A stretch of 25,271 bases of DNA from Aquificaceae bacterium (GTDB lineage Bacteria > Aquificota > Aquificia > Aquificales > Aquificaceae). Position 1 is the first letter of the stretch; every line of letters begins with the position of its first letter. The notes below the pieces were generated by a model. That model had not been told where the DNA came from, did not search any database, and was given only the letters and a program-made list of their open reading frames with translations. Position numbers and translations under genes: made by a program. This document shows, one piece after another, positions 7,606 through 18,333 of the stretch. The stretch lies in assembly GCA_039630345.1 (NCBI GenBank), contig JBCNVD010000041.1, positions 1-25,271 on the forward strand. Direction: 5' to 3'.

Positions 7606-8622
7606 ATGGAGCTATTACTCTCTGGAGATTGGTTTGGCACCAAAAACATCCAAAGAGCAAAGATAAAAGGCTTTAAAAGCCTTGATAGTTTTAGAGAGAT
7701 AAATAAAGTCGAGCTTGGTTTTCTGCTGGTGCCATTTTCCCAGTCTGGAGAGTCTCTTGGTGTGAAGACAAAGACCTACGGCTTTGAAAAAATACTGCTT
7801 ATTGAAATCGAAGGATTTGAAAGCTACTTTCAGGGAATAAAACAGATAAAACTTTCTGAAATCTCAAAAGCAGAGCAAAAAAACCACTTTGTAAACTCCA
7901 TACTGAGAGCCAAAGAGCTAATAAAAGAGGGGGATATTTATCAGATAAACCTGACCACAAGGTTTGACTTTGAATTAGTAGGCGATGGAAAGTCTCTTTT
8001 TCTTGAGTTTTTTAAAAAACAGCCTGTGCCTTTTGGTTTTTATTTGGGGTTTGAAGAGTTTGAAATAATTAGCGGCTCTATGGAGCTTTTTTTAAAAAGA
8101 GAGGGGTTTAAGCTAATGAGCTGTCCTATCAAAGGCACTGCAAAAGATGCAAAAAAGCTCTTAAAGAGCGAAAAAGACAGGGCAGAGAATTTAATGATTG
8201 TGGATGTAGTAAGAAATGACCTTGCCAGAGTTTCAAAGTCCGGGAGCGTTAAAGTAGAGGAGATTTTTAAGCTAAAGCGCTTTAGAACGCTTTATCAGAT
8301 GGTCTCTTGTGTAAGCTCTGTTAGCAATTTAGAAAGCTATGAAATTTTACTAAAGACATTTCCACCCGCTTCTGTCGTTGGGGCTCCTAAAAAAAGAGCG
8401 CTTGAGATAATAAATCAGCTAGAGCTCTACCCAAGAGGGTTTTACTGCGGATGCGCCGGGATTTTAAAGGGCAATGACTTTACTCTAAGCGTTTTGATAA
8501 GGACAGCGCATATCTTTGATGAGGTTGTGTCTTACTTTGCAGGGGCAGGGATAGTTTACGACTCAGACCCTGAAAGAGAGTGGGAAGAGGTTATATTAAA
8601 AACCAGAGCGTTTAGAATTTAG
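7606..8622 (+). CDS. pabB: Chorismate-binding enzyme, aminodeoxychorismate synthase component I-like
   Basis: GDIYQINLT, PIKGT (the PabB Lys motif), AENLMIVD, GAPKKRA and AGAGIVYDS. The N-terminus is short. Confidence 0.8.
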   Translation: MELLLSGDWFGTKNIQRAKIKGFKSLDSFREINKVELGFLLVPFSQSGESLGVKTKTYGFEKILLIEIEGFESYFQGIKQIKLSEISKAEQKNHFVNSILRAKELIKEGDIYQINLTTRFDFELVGDGKSLFLEFFKKQPVPFGFYLGFEEFEIISGSMELFLKREGFKLMSCPIKGTAKDAKKLLKSEKDRAENLMIVDVVRNDLARVSKSGSVKVEEIFKLKRFRTLYQMVSCVSSVSNLESYEILLKTFPPASVVGAPKKRALEIINQLELYPRGFYCGCAGILKGNDFTLSVLIRTAHIFDEVVSYFAGAGIVYDSDPEREWEEVILKTRAFRI

Positions 8623-8624
8623 CA

Positions 8625-9446
8625 GTGTGGTTTCAGGAGGTTTATTTTGGTCTTGATAAATCAAAGAAACTATGGGGGCTTATTTGCAAAGCCTGTGAGG
8701 TTTTCAATGATTTTGAGTTTTTGATGTTGCCAAGTATTGAGATAAGAAAAGAAGCTATTGCGCCTGATGGACTTGTTGTGGGTCAATCAGGAAATGGTTT
8801 TATGTGTCTTAGAAGAGACTGGACAGAGAGCGTGGCGAGGTTTTTAAGTAAGCACACAGAGCTGGAGCTCCCTCTGAAGGTTTTTTACCTTGGGAGCACT
8901 TTTAGCACAAGAGGTGAGAGTTTTCAATTAGGAATTGAAGTAATAGGAGATAGCACTATAGACGCTGAGATTTTGGTTATTAAAAAAATACAAAACTTTT
9001 TGCGCGTAAGCGCGCTTGAAGATTTAAAAATAATAATAGGGGATGTTTCTATAGTGAGGTGGTTGCTTAGGGAAAACACTGAGCTCTTTAGTGCGGTGCT
9101 TCAGAAGAATTTAAGTGCTCTAAAGCATCATCAGGAGTTAAGAGAGCTAGTTCTTGCGCAAGGCGGGGAGACGATGGTTGAAGATTTTGCCAGAAAGTAT
9201 CCTGAGCTAAGAGGGGCTTGCGAGCGACTTTTGGAGCTTGGTAGAAACTTACAGAGCGTTGAGTTTGACCTATCAGAGGTGAGGTCGCAGGAATACTACT
9301 CAGGGATGGTTTTTGAGTTTTTCTGCGGCGGCTTGCCATTTGCCGTGGCAGGAGGTGGCAGATACGACGGGCTTTACAGAGCTCTTGGCAGGGATTTACC
9401 CGCCGTAGGCGGGGCTATTTATTTAGACGCTCTTTTGGAGCTCTAA
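8625..9446 (+). CDS. hisZ: ATP phosphoribosyltransferase regulatory subunit (HisRS-like)
   Basis: LRRDWTESVAR, QLGIEVIG, YYSGMVFE and GGGRYDGL motifs, with no anticodon-binding domain. Confidence 0.85.
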   Translation: MWFQEVYFGLDKSKKLWGLICKACEVFNDFEFLMLPSIEIRKEAIAPDGLVVGQSGNGFMCLRRDWTESVARFLSKHTELELPLKVFYLGSTFSTRGESFQLGIEVIGDSTIDAEILVIKKIQNFLRVSALEDLKIIIGDVSIVRWLLRENTELFSAVLQKNLSALKHHQELRELVLAQGGETMVEDFARKYPELRGACERLLELGRNLQSVEFDLSEVRSQEYYSGMVFEFFCGGLPFAVAGGGRYDGLYRALGRDLPAVGGAIYLDALLEL

Positions 9447-10559
9447 GAAGGGCTCTAGGTAATTTAGTGCTTCCCAGGGGAGATATTCCTTGCCAAAGTG
9501 ACCATAGCAGGCAGTTGATTTATAAATTGGTCTTCTTAGAGAGAGCATATCAATCATGCCCCTTGGCGATGTTGGGAAGGTTTTTATTAGAGTCTTTGAT
9601 ATAACATCCACGGGGACTGACTCTGTGCCAAAGGTTTCGACCTCAAAGGCTATTACATGACTAACACCAAAGGCATAAGCCATTTTTACAAGGCACTTTC
9701 TGGCAAGTTTACTGGCAACCACATGCTTTGCCATCATTCTGGCCATGTAAGAAGCAGTGCGGTCGGTCTTTGTAGGGTCTTTGCCAGAGAAGGAGCTCCC
9801 ACCTGAATAGGCTACATCCCCATAGGCATCAGAGACGGCTTTTCTGCCAGTTTGACCTACATCCGCTGCTGGACCCCCAAGGACGAACCTTCCGGATGGG
9901 TTTACTAAGATGTTTGTGCCTTTTAGAAGATGCTCTGGAACAGATGGTTTTATGACATTTTCGTAAACAAAATCAAAGATGGTGCTACTGGAGACATCTG
10001 GCTCATGCTGGCAAAATACCACAATATCTTTAACGAAAGAGGGCGTTTCGTCTTCGTACATCACAGTTATTAAAACCTTGCCGTCTGGCCTTAGAAAACT
10101 TGCATTTCCTGACTTTCTAAGCTCTGAGAGCTTGCTGGCAATAAGATTTGAAAGGTATATAGGAAGGGGCATATAAGAGGGCGTTTCGTCGCAGGCAAAG
10201 CCCACCACGGTTGCCGTGTCTCCGGCTCCGTCTGAGGATATGCCGGTTGCTATATCCGGGCTTTGCTCTTCTATAGAGGTAAGGACTGCGGAAGAGTCCG
10301 CGTCAAAGTTGTATTCGGGGCGATTGTAGCCAACCTCTTTTATGGTTTTGCGAACGTGGGTATGAATGTCTACATAACCATCGGTGGAGACATGGCCTGC
10401 CACGATGGTAAAACCGCTGTGAATCATTATCTCAAGCGACACCCTGCTGTAGGGGTCTTTTCTTATAAATTCATCCAGCAGGGCATCGGCTATCAGGTCT
10501 GCCAGTTTATCAGGGTGACCCTCAAGTGGGGTTTCAGCCATCTTGAGGCTTTTTCTCAC
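9423..10559 (-). CDS. metK: S-adenosylmethionine synthetase
   Basis: EGHPDK, LRPDGK, NPSGRFVLGGPAAD, TGRK, FSGKDPTK and YGHFG. It overlaps the convergent hisZ by 24 bp. Confidence 0.93.
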   Translation of the reverse strand: MRKSLKMAETPLEGHPDKLADLIADALLDEFIRKDPYSRVSLEIMIHSGFTIVAGHVSTDGYVDIHTHVRKTIKEVGYNRPEYNFDADSSAVLTSIEEQSPDIATGISSDGAGDTATVVGFACDETPSYMPLPIYLSNLIASKLSELRKSGNASFLRPDGKVLITVMYEDETPSFVKDIVVFCQHEPDVSSSTIFDFVYENVIKPSVPEHLLKGTNILVNPSGRFVLGGPAADVGQTGRKAVSDAYGDVAYSGGSSFSGKDPTKTDRTASYMARMMAKHVVASKLARKCLVKMAYAFGVSHVIAFEVETFGTESVPVDVISKTLIKTFPTSPRGMIDMLSLRRPIYKSTACYGHFGKEYLPWEALNYLEPFLELQKSV

Positions 10560-10795
10560 TCTGATATCTCCAGCACTACCCTCTTGTTTTGCTTTTTACC
10601 CATAGATGCAAGGATTGTTCTAAGAGCCCTGGCTATACGCCCGTCCTTGCCTATGACTTTGCCAAGGTCTTCTTTGTCAACCCGCAACTCCACGACGACA
10701 GTTTTTTCACCGTCAATTTGATGGACGCTTACTTTGTTTGGATTGTCTACCAGAGAGCGGGCTGCAATCTCCACCAGTTGCTTGAGCTGGCTCAT
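10556..10795 (-). CDS. khpA: KH-domain RNA-binding protein KhpA
   Basis: DLGKVIGKDGRIARALRT KH motif, in the usual position after rpsP. Confidence 0.92.
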   Translation of the reverse strand: MSQLKQLVEIAARSLVDNPNKVSVHQIDGEKTVVVELRVDKEDLGKVIGKDGRIARALRTILASMGKKQNKRVVLEISE

Positions 10796-11037
10796 TTTTC
10801 ACCTCCTGAATTCTTCTTGATGATAGTTTCTACACGCTCAGTAGGTTTAGCACCACGCTGAAGCCAATATTGAAATTTGTCGATGTTAAAACTCTCAAGT
10901 TTTGACAAAATAGGGTCATAAGTGCCTATCACATCAACACACTTGCCATCTCTTGGCGCAGAGGATTCAGCTACCACGATTCTGTATATCGGATGGTGAG
11001 TTCTTCCGTATCTGGCAAGTCTTATACGAAGCGCCAT
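10792..11037 (-). CDS. rpsP: 30S ribosomal protein S16
   Basis: MALRIRLARYG, YRIVVA, PRDG, GTYDP and GAKPTERV. SD GGAGG upstream. Confidence 0.97.
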   Translation of the reverse strand: MALRIRLARYGRTHHPIYRIVVAESSAPRDGKCVDVIGTYDPILSKLESFNIDKFQYWLQRGAKPTERVETIIKKNSGGEK

Positions 11038-11062
11038 ATCCTATCCTCCACTGGAATATTCT

Positions 11063-11091
11063 ATTATTTAGCATGTTTGCATCTTTGTCAA
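11063..11091 (-). promoter_or_regulatory. Sigma70 promoter of rpsP-khpA-metK
   Basis: The minus strand reads TTGACA-17 nt-AATAAT. Confidence 0.7.
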
Positions 11092-11129
11092 GCTAAATAT
11101 AAATTTTTACCCAAAGCTATAATTAAGGC

Positions 11130-13025
11130 ATGATCAAACTCTGCTTTGGCAAGCACACAAAAGAGTTCAAAGAAGGGACAAAAGTAGAGGAGATACTGAA
11201 AGCCTTTGGTATAGAGGATGCTCTTGGTATAGAAATCAATGGCGAGATTTTAGACCTTCAGACGGGGGTTTTTACCTCAGGTGAGATAAAACCGGTTGAG
11301 AAAAACTCAAGCAGTGCACTGGAGATAATGAGGCATAGCTTATCTCACATTCTTGCACAGGCTCTTAAAGAGCTCTACGGAGTTGTCAGATTAGGCATTG
11401 GACCCACAACTGAAGATGGGTTTTATTACGATGTAGAGATAGAAAACAGACAGCTAACCCCGGAGGATTTACCGCTAATAGAGCAGAAGATGGAAGAGAT
11501 AATCCAGAGAGATTACAAGATAGAGAGGTCAGAGCTTGATAAAGATAGTGCCATAGAGCTATTTAAAAACCTTGGAGAGCCATATAAGGTAGAGCTTATC
11601 GAAAGGCTAAATGAAAAGACTGTTTCAGTTTATAAGCAGGATGGATTTATAGACCTTTGCAAAGGGCCGCATCTGCCATCAACCGCTCTTGCCGGGAGCT
11701 TTAAATTAACTGCCCTTGCAGGCGCTTACTGGCTTGGGGATAACAAAAGGCCTATGCTCCAGAGAATTTATGGAATTGCATTCTGGAGTAAAGACGAGCT
11801 TGAAAATAGACTTAGCTTTTACGAAGAGGTCAAAAGAAGAGACCACAGAACCATAGGAAAAGAGATGGAGCTGTTTTTAATAGATGAAAATGTAGGTGCG
11901 GGGCTTGTTATATGGCTTCCAAGGGGGGCAATCCTTAGAGGAATTATAGAAGATTTCTGGAAAATAGAGCACAAAAAAAGAAATTATCAACTTGTTTACA
12001 CCCCGCATGTTGGGAATTCAAGACTGTGGGACATAAGCGGACATAAACAGCATTATAGCCAGAGTATGTTCTCTCCGATGCAGGTTGAAAACGAGGAATA
12101 TTACATAAAGCCGATGAATTGTCCTTTTCATATAGCGATTTATAAGAGCAAAGTAAGGAGTTACAAAGAGCTCCCTCTGAAACTTGCGGAACTTGGAACT
12201 GTTTATAGATACGAGCTTTCTGGCACTTTGCACGGGCTTTTTAGAGTAAGGGGCTTTACTCAGGACGATGCTCACATTATTTGCACCCCAGAGCAGGCGG
12301 ATGAGGTAATTAAGGAGACGCTATCTTTCACAATTGAGATGTTAAAAGTGTTTGGATTTGAAGACATAGAGCTCTTTCTCTCCACAAGACCTGAGGATTC
12401 AATAGGCTCAGACGAGCAATGGGAGATTGCCCAAAGAGCTTTAGAGAGGGCTCTGAATAACTTAGGGCTAAATTACAAAATAGACCAGGGAGGAGGAGCC
12501 TTTTATGGACCCAAGATTGACCTGAAAATAAGAGACGTCATAGGGAGGCTCTGGCAGTGTTCAACCATTCAGTTTGACTTTAATTTGCCAGAGAGGTTTG
12601 ATATGGAATATATCTCGCAAGAAAATGTTCGCAAAAGACCTCTTATGATACATAGAGCGATATTTGGCTCTATCGAGCGATTTACGGGGATACTCTTAGA
12701 GCATTATGCCGGGGCTTTACCCTTCTGGCTCTCACCATTGCAGGCAAGGGTTTTGCCAGTTGTTAACAAAAGGGACCTAGATTATGCAAAAGAAATACAT
12801 AAGACCCTAACTCACGAAGGGTTTAGAGTGGATATAGACGAAAGGCAGGAGAGACTTCCTGCGAAGATAAGACAGGCGCAGATTGAGAAAATACCTTACA
12901 TGTTAATAGTTGGGGAAAAAGAAGCAAACGCCGGAAAGGTGTCTCTAAGGTCTCGCTCAGAAGGTGAGGTTGGTTTAGTCTCTTTAGAGGAGCTAAAGGA
13001 GATATTTAAAAAGCAAGGAGCCTGA
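11130..13025 (+). CDS. thrS: Threonyl-tRNA synthetase
   Basis: TGS domain, editing motifs RHSLSH and DLCKGPH, KPMNCP, RVRGFTQDDAH, FYGPKID and HRAIFGSIERF. Confidence 0.98.
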   Translation: MIKLCFGKHTKEFKEGTKVEEILKAFGIEDALGIEINGEILDLQTGVFTSGEIKPVEKNSSSALEIMRHSLSHILAQALKELYGVVRLGIGPTTEDGFYYDVEIENRQLTPEDLPLIEQKMEEIIQRDYKIERSELDKDSAIELFKNLGEPYKVELIERLNEKTVSVYKQDGFIDLCKGPHLPSTALAGSFKLTALAGAYWLGDNKRPMLQRIYGIAFWSKDELENRLSFYEEVKRRDHRTIGKEMELFLIDENVGAGLVIWLPRGAILRGIIEDFWKIEHKKRNYQLVYTPHVGNSRLWDISGHKQHYSQSMFSPMQVENEEYYIKPMNCPFHIAIYKSKVRSYKELPLKLAELGTVYRYELSGTLHGLFRVRGFTQDDAHIICTPEQADEVIKETLSFTIEMLKVFGFEDIELFLSTRPEDSIGSDEQWEIAQRALERALNNLGLNYKIDQGGGAFYGPKIDLKIRDVIGRLWQCSTIQFDFNLPERFDMEYISQENVRKRPLMIHRAIFGSIERFTGILLEHYAGALPFWLSPLQARVLPVVNKRDLDYAKEIHKTLTHEGFRVDIDERQERLPAKIRQAQIEKIPYMLIVGEKEANAGKVSLRSRSEGEVGLVSLEELKEIFKKQGA

Positions 13026-13780
13026 TGGTTTCCAAGCTTTTAGTGATTTTTACTCAGGAAGATAAAAACTACAGCAGGTATATCTCTTTCCTCATAAGGA
13101 AGTTTGAAAGACCTGCGCTTTTTTACTGTCTTAAAGATATGGTGTCTGGCGATTTCTTTTCTGGATTTGATTGTGAAGAGCTTATTAAGAGTTTAAAGAG
13201 CGAAGGCTTAAGAATTGAGCTGGAAGAGGGGGATATAAAGACTCTAAGCAGTTTAATGGGAGAGGGTTTTGAGCTTTTTGTGGTTAAGTATTCTAAAAAG
13301 CTCTTTGGCAAAACTGTTTATGAAAAACTTGTGGATAGTCTCGACGGAGGGTGGTTCTGGGTTTATAAAGAAGCGCCCTTGATAATAAAAAGGGTATGCG
13401 TTCCTATTGATTTAAGTGAGAGGTCCCAAAGGCAGGTAGAGATTGCTAAAGAGCTTTCCGGGATATTTGGCTTTGAGTTTGATCTTGTTCACGCCCTTGG
13501 CATAGAGAGGTTTAAGACAAAAATGGAGGCTTTGGAGTATAGTCAACTGCTAAAAGATAAAACCCAGGAAGCCAGGACTTTGTTTTCTGATATGTTTTAC
13601 AAAGAAGAGGGACTAAAAATTATCGAAGGAGACCCACAGAGAGGGCTTGTAAAGTATATAAACTCAGAGGATTATAACCTTGTGATAGTAGGCAGGCGCT
13701 CAAAAGAGATAAGGGAGCGCTTCGGAAGCGTGTCTTTGCAGATAGTAAGGAGTGCAAAGTGCCCGACCCTTGTCCTCTAA
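13025..13780 (+). CDS. Universal stress protein (tandem USP-like domains)
   Basis: The C-terminal USP domain has VCVPIDLSERS, IIEGDP, LVIVG and FGSVSLQIVRSAKCPTLVL. Confidence 0.85.
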   Translation: MVSKLLVIFTQEDKNYSRYISFLIRKFERPALFYCLKDMVSGDFFSGFDCEELIKSLKSEGLRIELEEGDIKTLSSLMGEGFELFVVKYSKKLFGKTVYEKLVDSLDGGWFWVYKEAPLIIKRVCVPIDLSERSQRQVEIAKELSGIFGFEFDLVHALGIERFKTKMEALEYSQLLKDKTQEARTLFSDMFYKEEGLKIIEGDPQRGLVKYINSEDYNLVIVGRRSKEIRERFGSVSLQIVRSAKCPTLVL

Positions 13781-14391
13781 CGGCTTTTGCAAGAGTATTT
13801 CTTGCTCCTTTATGCCCTGCGGTGAAGGCGGTTTTTAAAAAGAGCTTTAGAGTCAGCGCCTTTGGAATTGAAAATGTGCCAGAAGGGGCTTTTATTCTGG
13901 CTAGCAACCACAGGAGCTACCTTGACCCTCCGGTCTTGGTTTCGGTCTTGCCAAGGAGAGTGTTTTTTATAGCAAAAGAAGAGCTCTTTAGAGGGGCTTT
14001 TGGCAGAGTTTTACCGCATCTTGGTGCTTTGCCCATAAAGCGCGGGGGGGCTGATATAAGGGCTTTATATAGAGCCCTTGAGATTTTAAAAACTGGATGC
14101 GGAGTGGGGATATTTCCAGAGGGGACAAGAGCCACAGATGGCTTTCTTGAACCAAAGCCGGGGGTTGGGCTTCTTGCGGTGAAGTCTTTAGCACCTGTGT
14201 TGCCCGCTTGCATCAAAGGCACAGATATAGTTTTGCCAAGGGGGAAAAAATTCCCCGTGCCGAAGGCACGGATTTATGTAAGATTTGGAAAACCTTCTGT
14301 TTTTCAGGGGATGGACGAGCCAAAGGTTTATAAAGAGGTCGCAAAAGAGGTAATGGAATCTATAGTAAAGCTCTGCAATGAGATGGATTGA
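13759..14391 (+). CDS. plsC: 1-acyl-sn-glycerol-3-phosphate acyltransferase
   Basis: NHRSYLD (HxxxxD), FIAKEEL and IFPEGTR motifs. Confidence 0.92.
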   Translation: MPDPCPLTAFARVFLAPLCPAVKAVFKKSFRVSAFGIENVPEGAFILASNHRSYLDPPVLVSVLPRRVFFIAKEELFRGAFGRVLPHLGALPIKRGGADIRALYRALEILKTGCGVGIFPEGTRATDGFLEPKPGVGLLAVKSLAPVLPACIKGTDIVLPRGKKFPVPKARIYVRFGKPSVFQGMDEPKVYKEVAKEVMESIVKLCNEMD

Positions 14392-15502
14392 GGAAGAGCT
14401 TGGAATTATAGACTCTCTTGGGCTTATGAGAGAAAGGAAGGTCCACTCAGGGAGCGTTTTTTGTGATAACGACTATCTTGGGCTCTCAAGTCATCCTGAG
14501 GTCTTAAGAGCTATCGAAAGGGCAATTAAAGAGTTTGGCGCAGGTGCAAAAGCATCGCCGCTCGTTAGCGGTTATACAAAACCACACGAAAGCCTTGAGA
14601 GAGAGCTCTCACTCTTTAAAGGAAGCGAAGATTGTGTGGTTTTTGGTTCTGGATACCTTGCGAACATAGGGGTGATACCCGCTTTGGTTTCAGAAAATGA
14701 CGCAATTTTCAGCGATAGCCTAAATCACGCAAGTATCATAGATGGCTGCAGGTTATCAAGAGCGAAGGTTTATGTTTTTGAGCATTTAAGCGTTGAAAGC
14801 CTAAGAGAAAAGCTCTTAAAACATCGCAAAAACGCAAGAAGATGTCTTATTATTCTTGAGAGTTTATACAGTATGGACGCAGATTGTCCTGATATTGAGG
14901 AGTTTTTAAAGCTGTCTGAAGAGTTTGATTGCATGATTTTAATTGATGAGGCTCATGCTACCGGCACTATAGGTAAAACCGGCAGGGGAATACTTGAAGA
15001 GAGAGGGATTGATTTTAAAGAAAACCTCATAATGATTGGAACTCTCTCAAAGGCTCTAGGAGCTTATGGGGCTTTTGTTTGCGCCAGCAAGAGGGTTTGT
15101 TCTCTGGTTGTTAATAGATCAAGGAGTTATATATTTTCAACTTCTCTTTCGCCAATAATGTGTGAAGCTGCGAGGGCTTCTCTTGAGGTTTTAAAATCAA
15201 GTCCACAGATGGTTCAGAGCCTGCAAAATCGCGCAAGAGTCTTTAGACAGATGCTAAATAAAGCCGGCATATCAGCCATCGGGAAAGAGGATGTTCCCAT
15301 AGTCCCTGTTATTTTAGGAAGCGAAAAGTATGCTATAAAAGTCAGAGACGAGCTTTTAAAGAGGGGCTTTTTTATTCAGGCGATAAGATATCCAACGGTG
15401 CCAAAGGGCAGTGCAAGACTGAGAATCAGTGTAAGTTTAAAAAGAACGCCTGAGGAAGAAATAGCTCTCATTAACGCCTTGAGGGAAGTGATATGTCATT
15501 GA
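14378..15502 (+). CDS. bioF: 8-amino-7-oxononanoate synthase
   Basis: [28 protein letters not shown], the PLP lysine in GTLSKALG, and AIRYPTVP. Confidence 0.93.
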   Translation: MRWIEEELGIIDSLGLMRERKVHSGSVFCDNDYLGLSSHPEVLRAIERAIKEFGAGAKASPLVSGYTKPHESLERELSLFKGSEDCVVFGSGYLANIGVIPALVSENDAIFSDSLNHASIIDGCRLSRAKVYVFEHLSVESLREKLLKHRKNARRCLIILESLYSMDADCPDIEEFLKLSEEFDCMILIDEAHATGTIGKTGRGILEERGIDFKENLIMIGTLSKALGAYGAFVCASKRVCSLVVNRSRSYIFSTSLSPIMCEAARASLEVLKSSPQMVQSLQNRARVFRQMLNKAGISAIGKEDVPIVPVILGSEKYAIKVRDELLKRGFFIQAIRYPTVPKGSARLRISVSLKRTPEEEIALINALREVICH

Positions 15503-16599
15503 GCGTGGGGATAGTCGGTCTTCCAAATGTCGGTAAATCAACGCTCTTTAACGCGCTCATACAGTCTGCAAAGGCGACTGCGGCAAATTACCCTTTTTGC
15601 ACCATAGAGCCAAACAGTGGCACTGTAGAAGTGCCTGACGAAAGACTTAGCGAGCTTGCAGCGTTGGAGCGCTCAAGGAGGGTAGTGCCTGCATTTGTTG
15701 AGTTTGTGGATATAGCGGGGCTAGTTAGAGGCGCAAGCAAAGGAGAAGGTCTTGGCAATCAGTTTCTCTCTCACATAAGAGAGGTTGACGCCATAGCGAT
15801 GGTTCTCAGGTGCTTTGAAGACCCAAAGGTAGTGCACGTTGAGGGAAAAGTAGACCCCATAAGAGATGCCGAGGTTGTGGAGCTTGAGTTAATAGCCAAA
15901 GATTTAGAGACGTTGCAAAAGAGAAAAGAAAAGGTGCAAAAGAGCGCAAAACTTGGCGATAAAGCCTCAAAGCTTGAGCTGGAAATAATCCAGAATTTAG
16001 AGAGTTATTTAGAGCAGATGATTCCGCTAAGGGCGGTTATGGATAAGCTTTCTCAAGAAGAGATAAATTTCGCCCGAAGGGCGGTTTTTTTGTTATCTAT
16101 AAAACCAGTTTTGTTTGTTGCAAATGTTGACGAAAGAGCCTTGGAGAGCGGAAATGAATATAGCCAGAGAGTGTTTGAATATGCGAGCTCTCAAAAAGCC
16201 CCAGCGGTCTTGGTCTGTGCAAAACTTGAAGAGGAGCTTATAGGTCTTGAAAAGTCCGATAGAGAGCAAATTCTTTCCGCATACGGGCTTGAAAAGCCCG
16301 GTCTTGAGAAGTTGATAAAAGAGGCTTTTAATATCCTGAGTCTTATCAGTTTCTTCACAGCGGGGGAGAAAGAGACAAGAGCCTGGACTGTGGCTAAAGG
16401 GACAAAAGCTCCGCAGGCGGCAGGTAAAATCCACTCAGACTTTGAGAGGGGCTTTATAGCGGCAGAGGTGATTGGATTTGAAGAGCTTATTAAAGCAGGA
16501 GGGATTTCAAAAGCCAGAGAGCTAGGGCTTTTGAGGTTAGAGGGCAGGGATTATGTTATAAAAGATGGAGATGTTGTGCATTTTAGATTCAATGTTTGA
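15493..16599 (+). CDS. ychF: Redox-regulated ribosome-binding ATPase YchF
   Basis: [38 protein letters not shown] and a C-terminal TGS domain ending FRFNV. Confidence 0.97.
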   Translation: MSLSVGIVGLPNVGKSTLFNALIQSAKATAANYPFCTIEPNSGTVEVPDERLSELAALERSRRVVPAFVEFVDIAGLVRGASKGEGLGNQFLSHIREVDAIAMVLRCFEDPKVVHVEGKVDPIRDAEVVELELIAKDLETLQKRKEKVQKSAKLGDKASKLELEIIQNLESYLEQMIPLRAVMDKLSQEEINFARRAVFLLSIKPVLFVANVDERALESGNEYSQRVFEYASSQKAPAVLVCAKLEEELIGLEKSDREQILSAYGLEKPGLEKLIKEAFNILSLISFFTAGEKETRAWTVAKGTKAPQAAGKIHSDFERGFIAAEVIGFEELIKAGGISKARELGLLRLEGRDYVIKDGDVVHFRFNV

Positions 16600-16614
16600 G
16601 ATAAATTTAGATAG

Positions 16615-17460
16615 ATGACAATTTTTAAGGATTTAGACACTCAAACGGCTCTTGACCTAAGGGAGTATTTTAAAGACAGAGATTACATGCTGATTGCGGT
16701 TCCAAGATGGGAACCTGTGAGGGTTTACACAATCAGCGCAGAGAATACTCTAAATAGCGCGGTTAGAATCCACAATCTTGAGGGAGAAGAAGCAAAAGCT
16801 TTAAGAGAGGGGATTCTTGCCGGGCTTATTCTCACTTCAAGGGTCAAGCACGCAAGTAGCCAAAAGATTCTCCTGAGACTTGAGAGCGATTTTGCGACTC
16901 TTGTCGTTGAAGCGGATGGAAAGGGGCGAGTAAGAGGATTCTTAAGTGGGGAGATAGATAGTGGCTGGAGAACCATCACTGTGATGCGAGAGCTTGGACT
17001 TAAAGGTCCCTATACGAGCGTGGTGCCCTGGGTTGGGACCCATCTTTCAGAGGCTATTGAGTTTTATTTCCACCAATCAGAGCAAACAAGAGTAATTACA
17101 TGGATTAATCAGGAGATAGCCTGCGCTTTCATGATAGAAATCCTTGCAAGTGCAAGTGAGGGGACCATTGACAGACTTTATAAAAATTCAAGGCAAGTAG
17201 AGAGCTATGGTATCAGACCTGAAGAGCTTGCCATATCCTTACTGGACGGTCTTAGTCCAAGGCTGATAGGTCTAAAGGAGGTAGAATACTTCTGCCCCTG
17301 CTCAGAAGAGATCGCAAGGGCTAGTCTTTTATTGCTTGATAAAAACCAGCTTGAAGAAGTGTTCAGTGAAGGCGAGGCAAGAGTCGTTTGCAGGTTTTGT
17401 AATACCACTTACACATTTAAACAGTCAGCGCTTGAAGATAATGCAATTAAGGATTTATAA
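16615..17460 (+). CDS. hslO: Hsp33 redox-regulated chaperone
   Basis: YFHQSEQ and the zinc motif CPCS...CRFC. Confidence 0.9.
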   Translation: MTIFKDLDTQTALDLREYFKDRDYMLIAVPRWEPVRVYTISAENTLNSAVRIHNLEGEEAKALREGILAGLILTSRVKHASSQKILLRLESDFATLVVEADGKGRVRGFLSGEIDSGWRTITVMRELGLKGPYTSVVPWVGTHLSEAIEFYFHQSEQTRVITWINQEIACAFMIEILASASEGTIDRLYKNSRQVESYGIRPEELAISLLDGLSPRLIGLKEVEYFCPCSEEIARASLLLLDKNQLEEVFSEGEARVVCRFCNTTYTFKQSALEDNAIKDL

Positions 17461-17461
17461 T
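17432..17461 (+). promoter_or_regulatory. Sigma70 promoter of rpsB-tsf-pyrH
   Basis: TTGAAG-18 nt-TATAAT overlapping the hslO 3' end. Confidence 0.6.
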
Positions 17462-17499
17462 CTAACGCACAATTGTCCTTAAGAGAGAAGGAGGAATAT

Positions 17500-18324
17500 A
17501 TGAGCGTAGTTTCTATGCGTGACCTGCTTGAAGCAGGGGTGCACTTCGGGCACTCAAGAGGGCGCTGGAATCCAAAGATGGCGCCTTATCTATATGGTGT
17601 TAGGACAAATATCCATATAGTGGACCTTAATAAAACCGTCGTATTTATAGAACAGGCTTATAACTTTATAGCAGACAGCGTTGCCGCAGGCGCGCAGGTT
17701 CTTTTTGTCGGCACTAAAAAGCAGGCGAAAGACATCATAAAAGAAGAGGCAGAGCGCTGCTCAATGCCTTATATAAATGAGCGATGGGTTGGCGGGCTAC
17801 TTACAAATTTCCGAACCGTGAGGAAAAGTCTTCAAAAACTGCACACTCTTGAGAGGATGGAAACCGAGGGGGTTTTTGAGGTCTTACCCAAAAAAGAAGT
17901 AAGAGAACTTAGAAGAAAGATGGAAAGGCTCAGAAAACTATACGGCGGCATCCTTAAAATGGACCGCCTGCCTGCAATTATGTGGGTTGTGGACACTGTC
18001 AGGGAAGAGCTGGCTGTGATAGAGGCAAAGAAAATGGGCGTTAAGGTCGTTGCCATTGCGGATTCAAACTGCGACCCTGACCTTATGGACTTTCCAATCC
18101 CTGGCAACGACGATGCTATAAAATCCATAAGGTTGCTGACTGCCAAAATAGCAGACGCAGTTATAGAAGGCATTCAAAGAAGAGAGCATCTGGGCGAGGT
18201 TAGCACAGAAGTCACCAGAAGAACGGTCGTTACCGTCGAAGAAGAGGAAAAAATCCTCTTTGAAAAGGCTATGCAAATGTCAGAAAAATACGAATATATC
18301 GACAAAGGCGCAGAAGACGAATAG
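17500..18324 (+). CDS. rpsB: 30S ribosomal protein S2
   Basis: [24 protein letters not shown] and [11 protein letters not shown] 17500 follows AAGGAGG. Confidence 0.98.
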   Translation: MSVVSMRDLLEAGVHFGHSRGRWNPKMAPYLYGVRTNIHIVDLNKTVVFIEQAYNFIADSVAAGAQVLFVGTKKQAKDIIKEEAERCSMPYINERWVGGLLTNFRTVRKSLQKLHTLERMETEGVFEVLPKKEVRELRRKMERLRKLYGGILKMDRLPAIMWVVDTVREELAVIEAKKMGVKVVAIADSNCDPDLMDFPIPGNDDAIKSIRLLTAKIADAVIEGIQRREHLGEVSTEVTRRTVVTVEEEEKILFEKAMQMSEKYEYIDKGAEDE

Positions 18325-18333
18325 GAGGAAGTT

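Noticed and set aside
7406..7660. 84-aa minus-strand ORF
   Set aside because: It is antisense to tRNA-Arg and the flanking genes, a typical tRNA shadow ORF.
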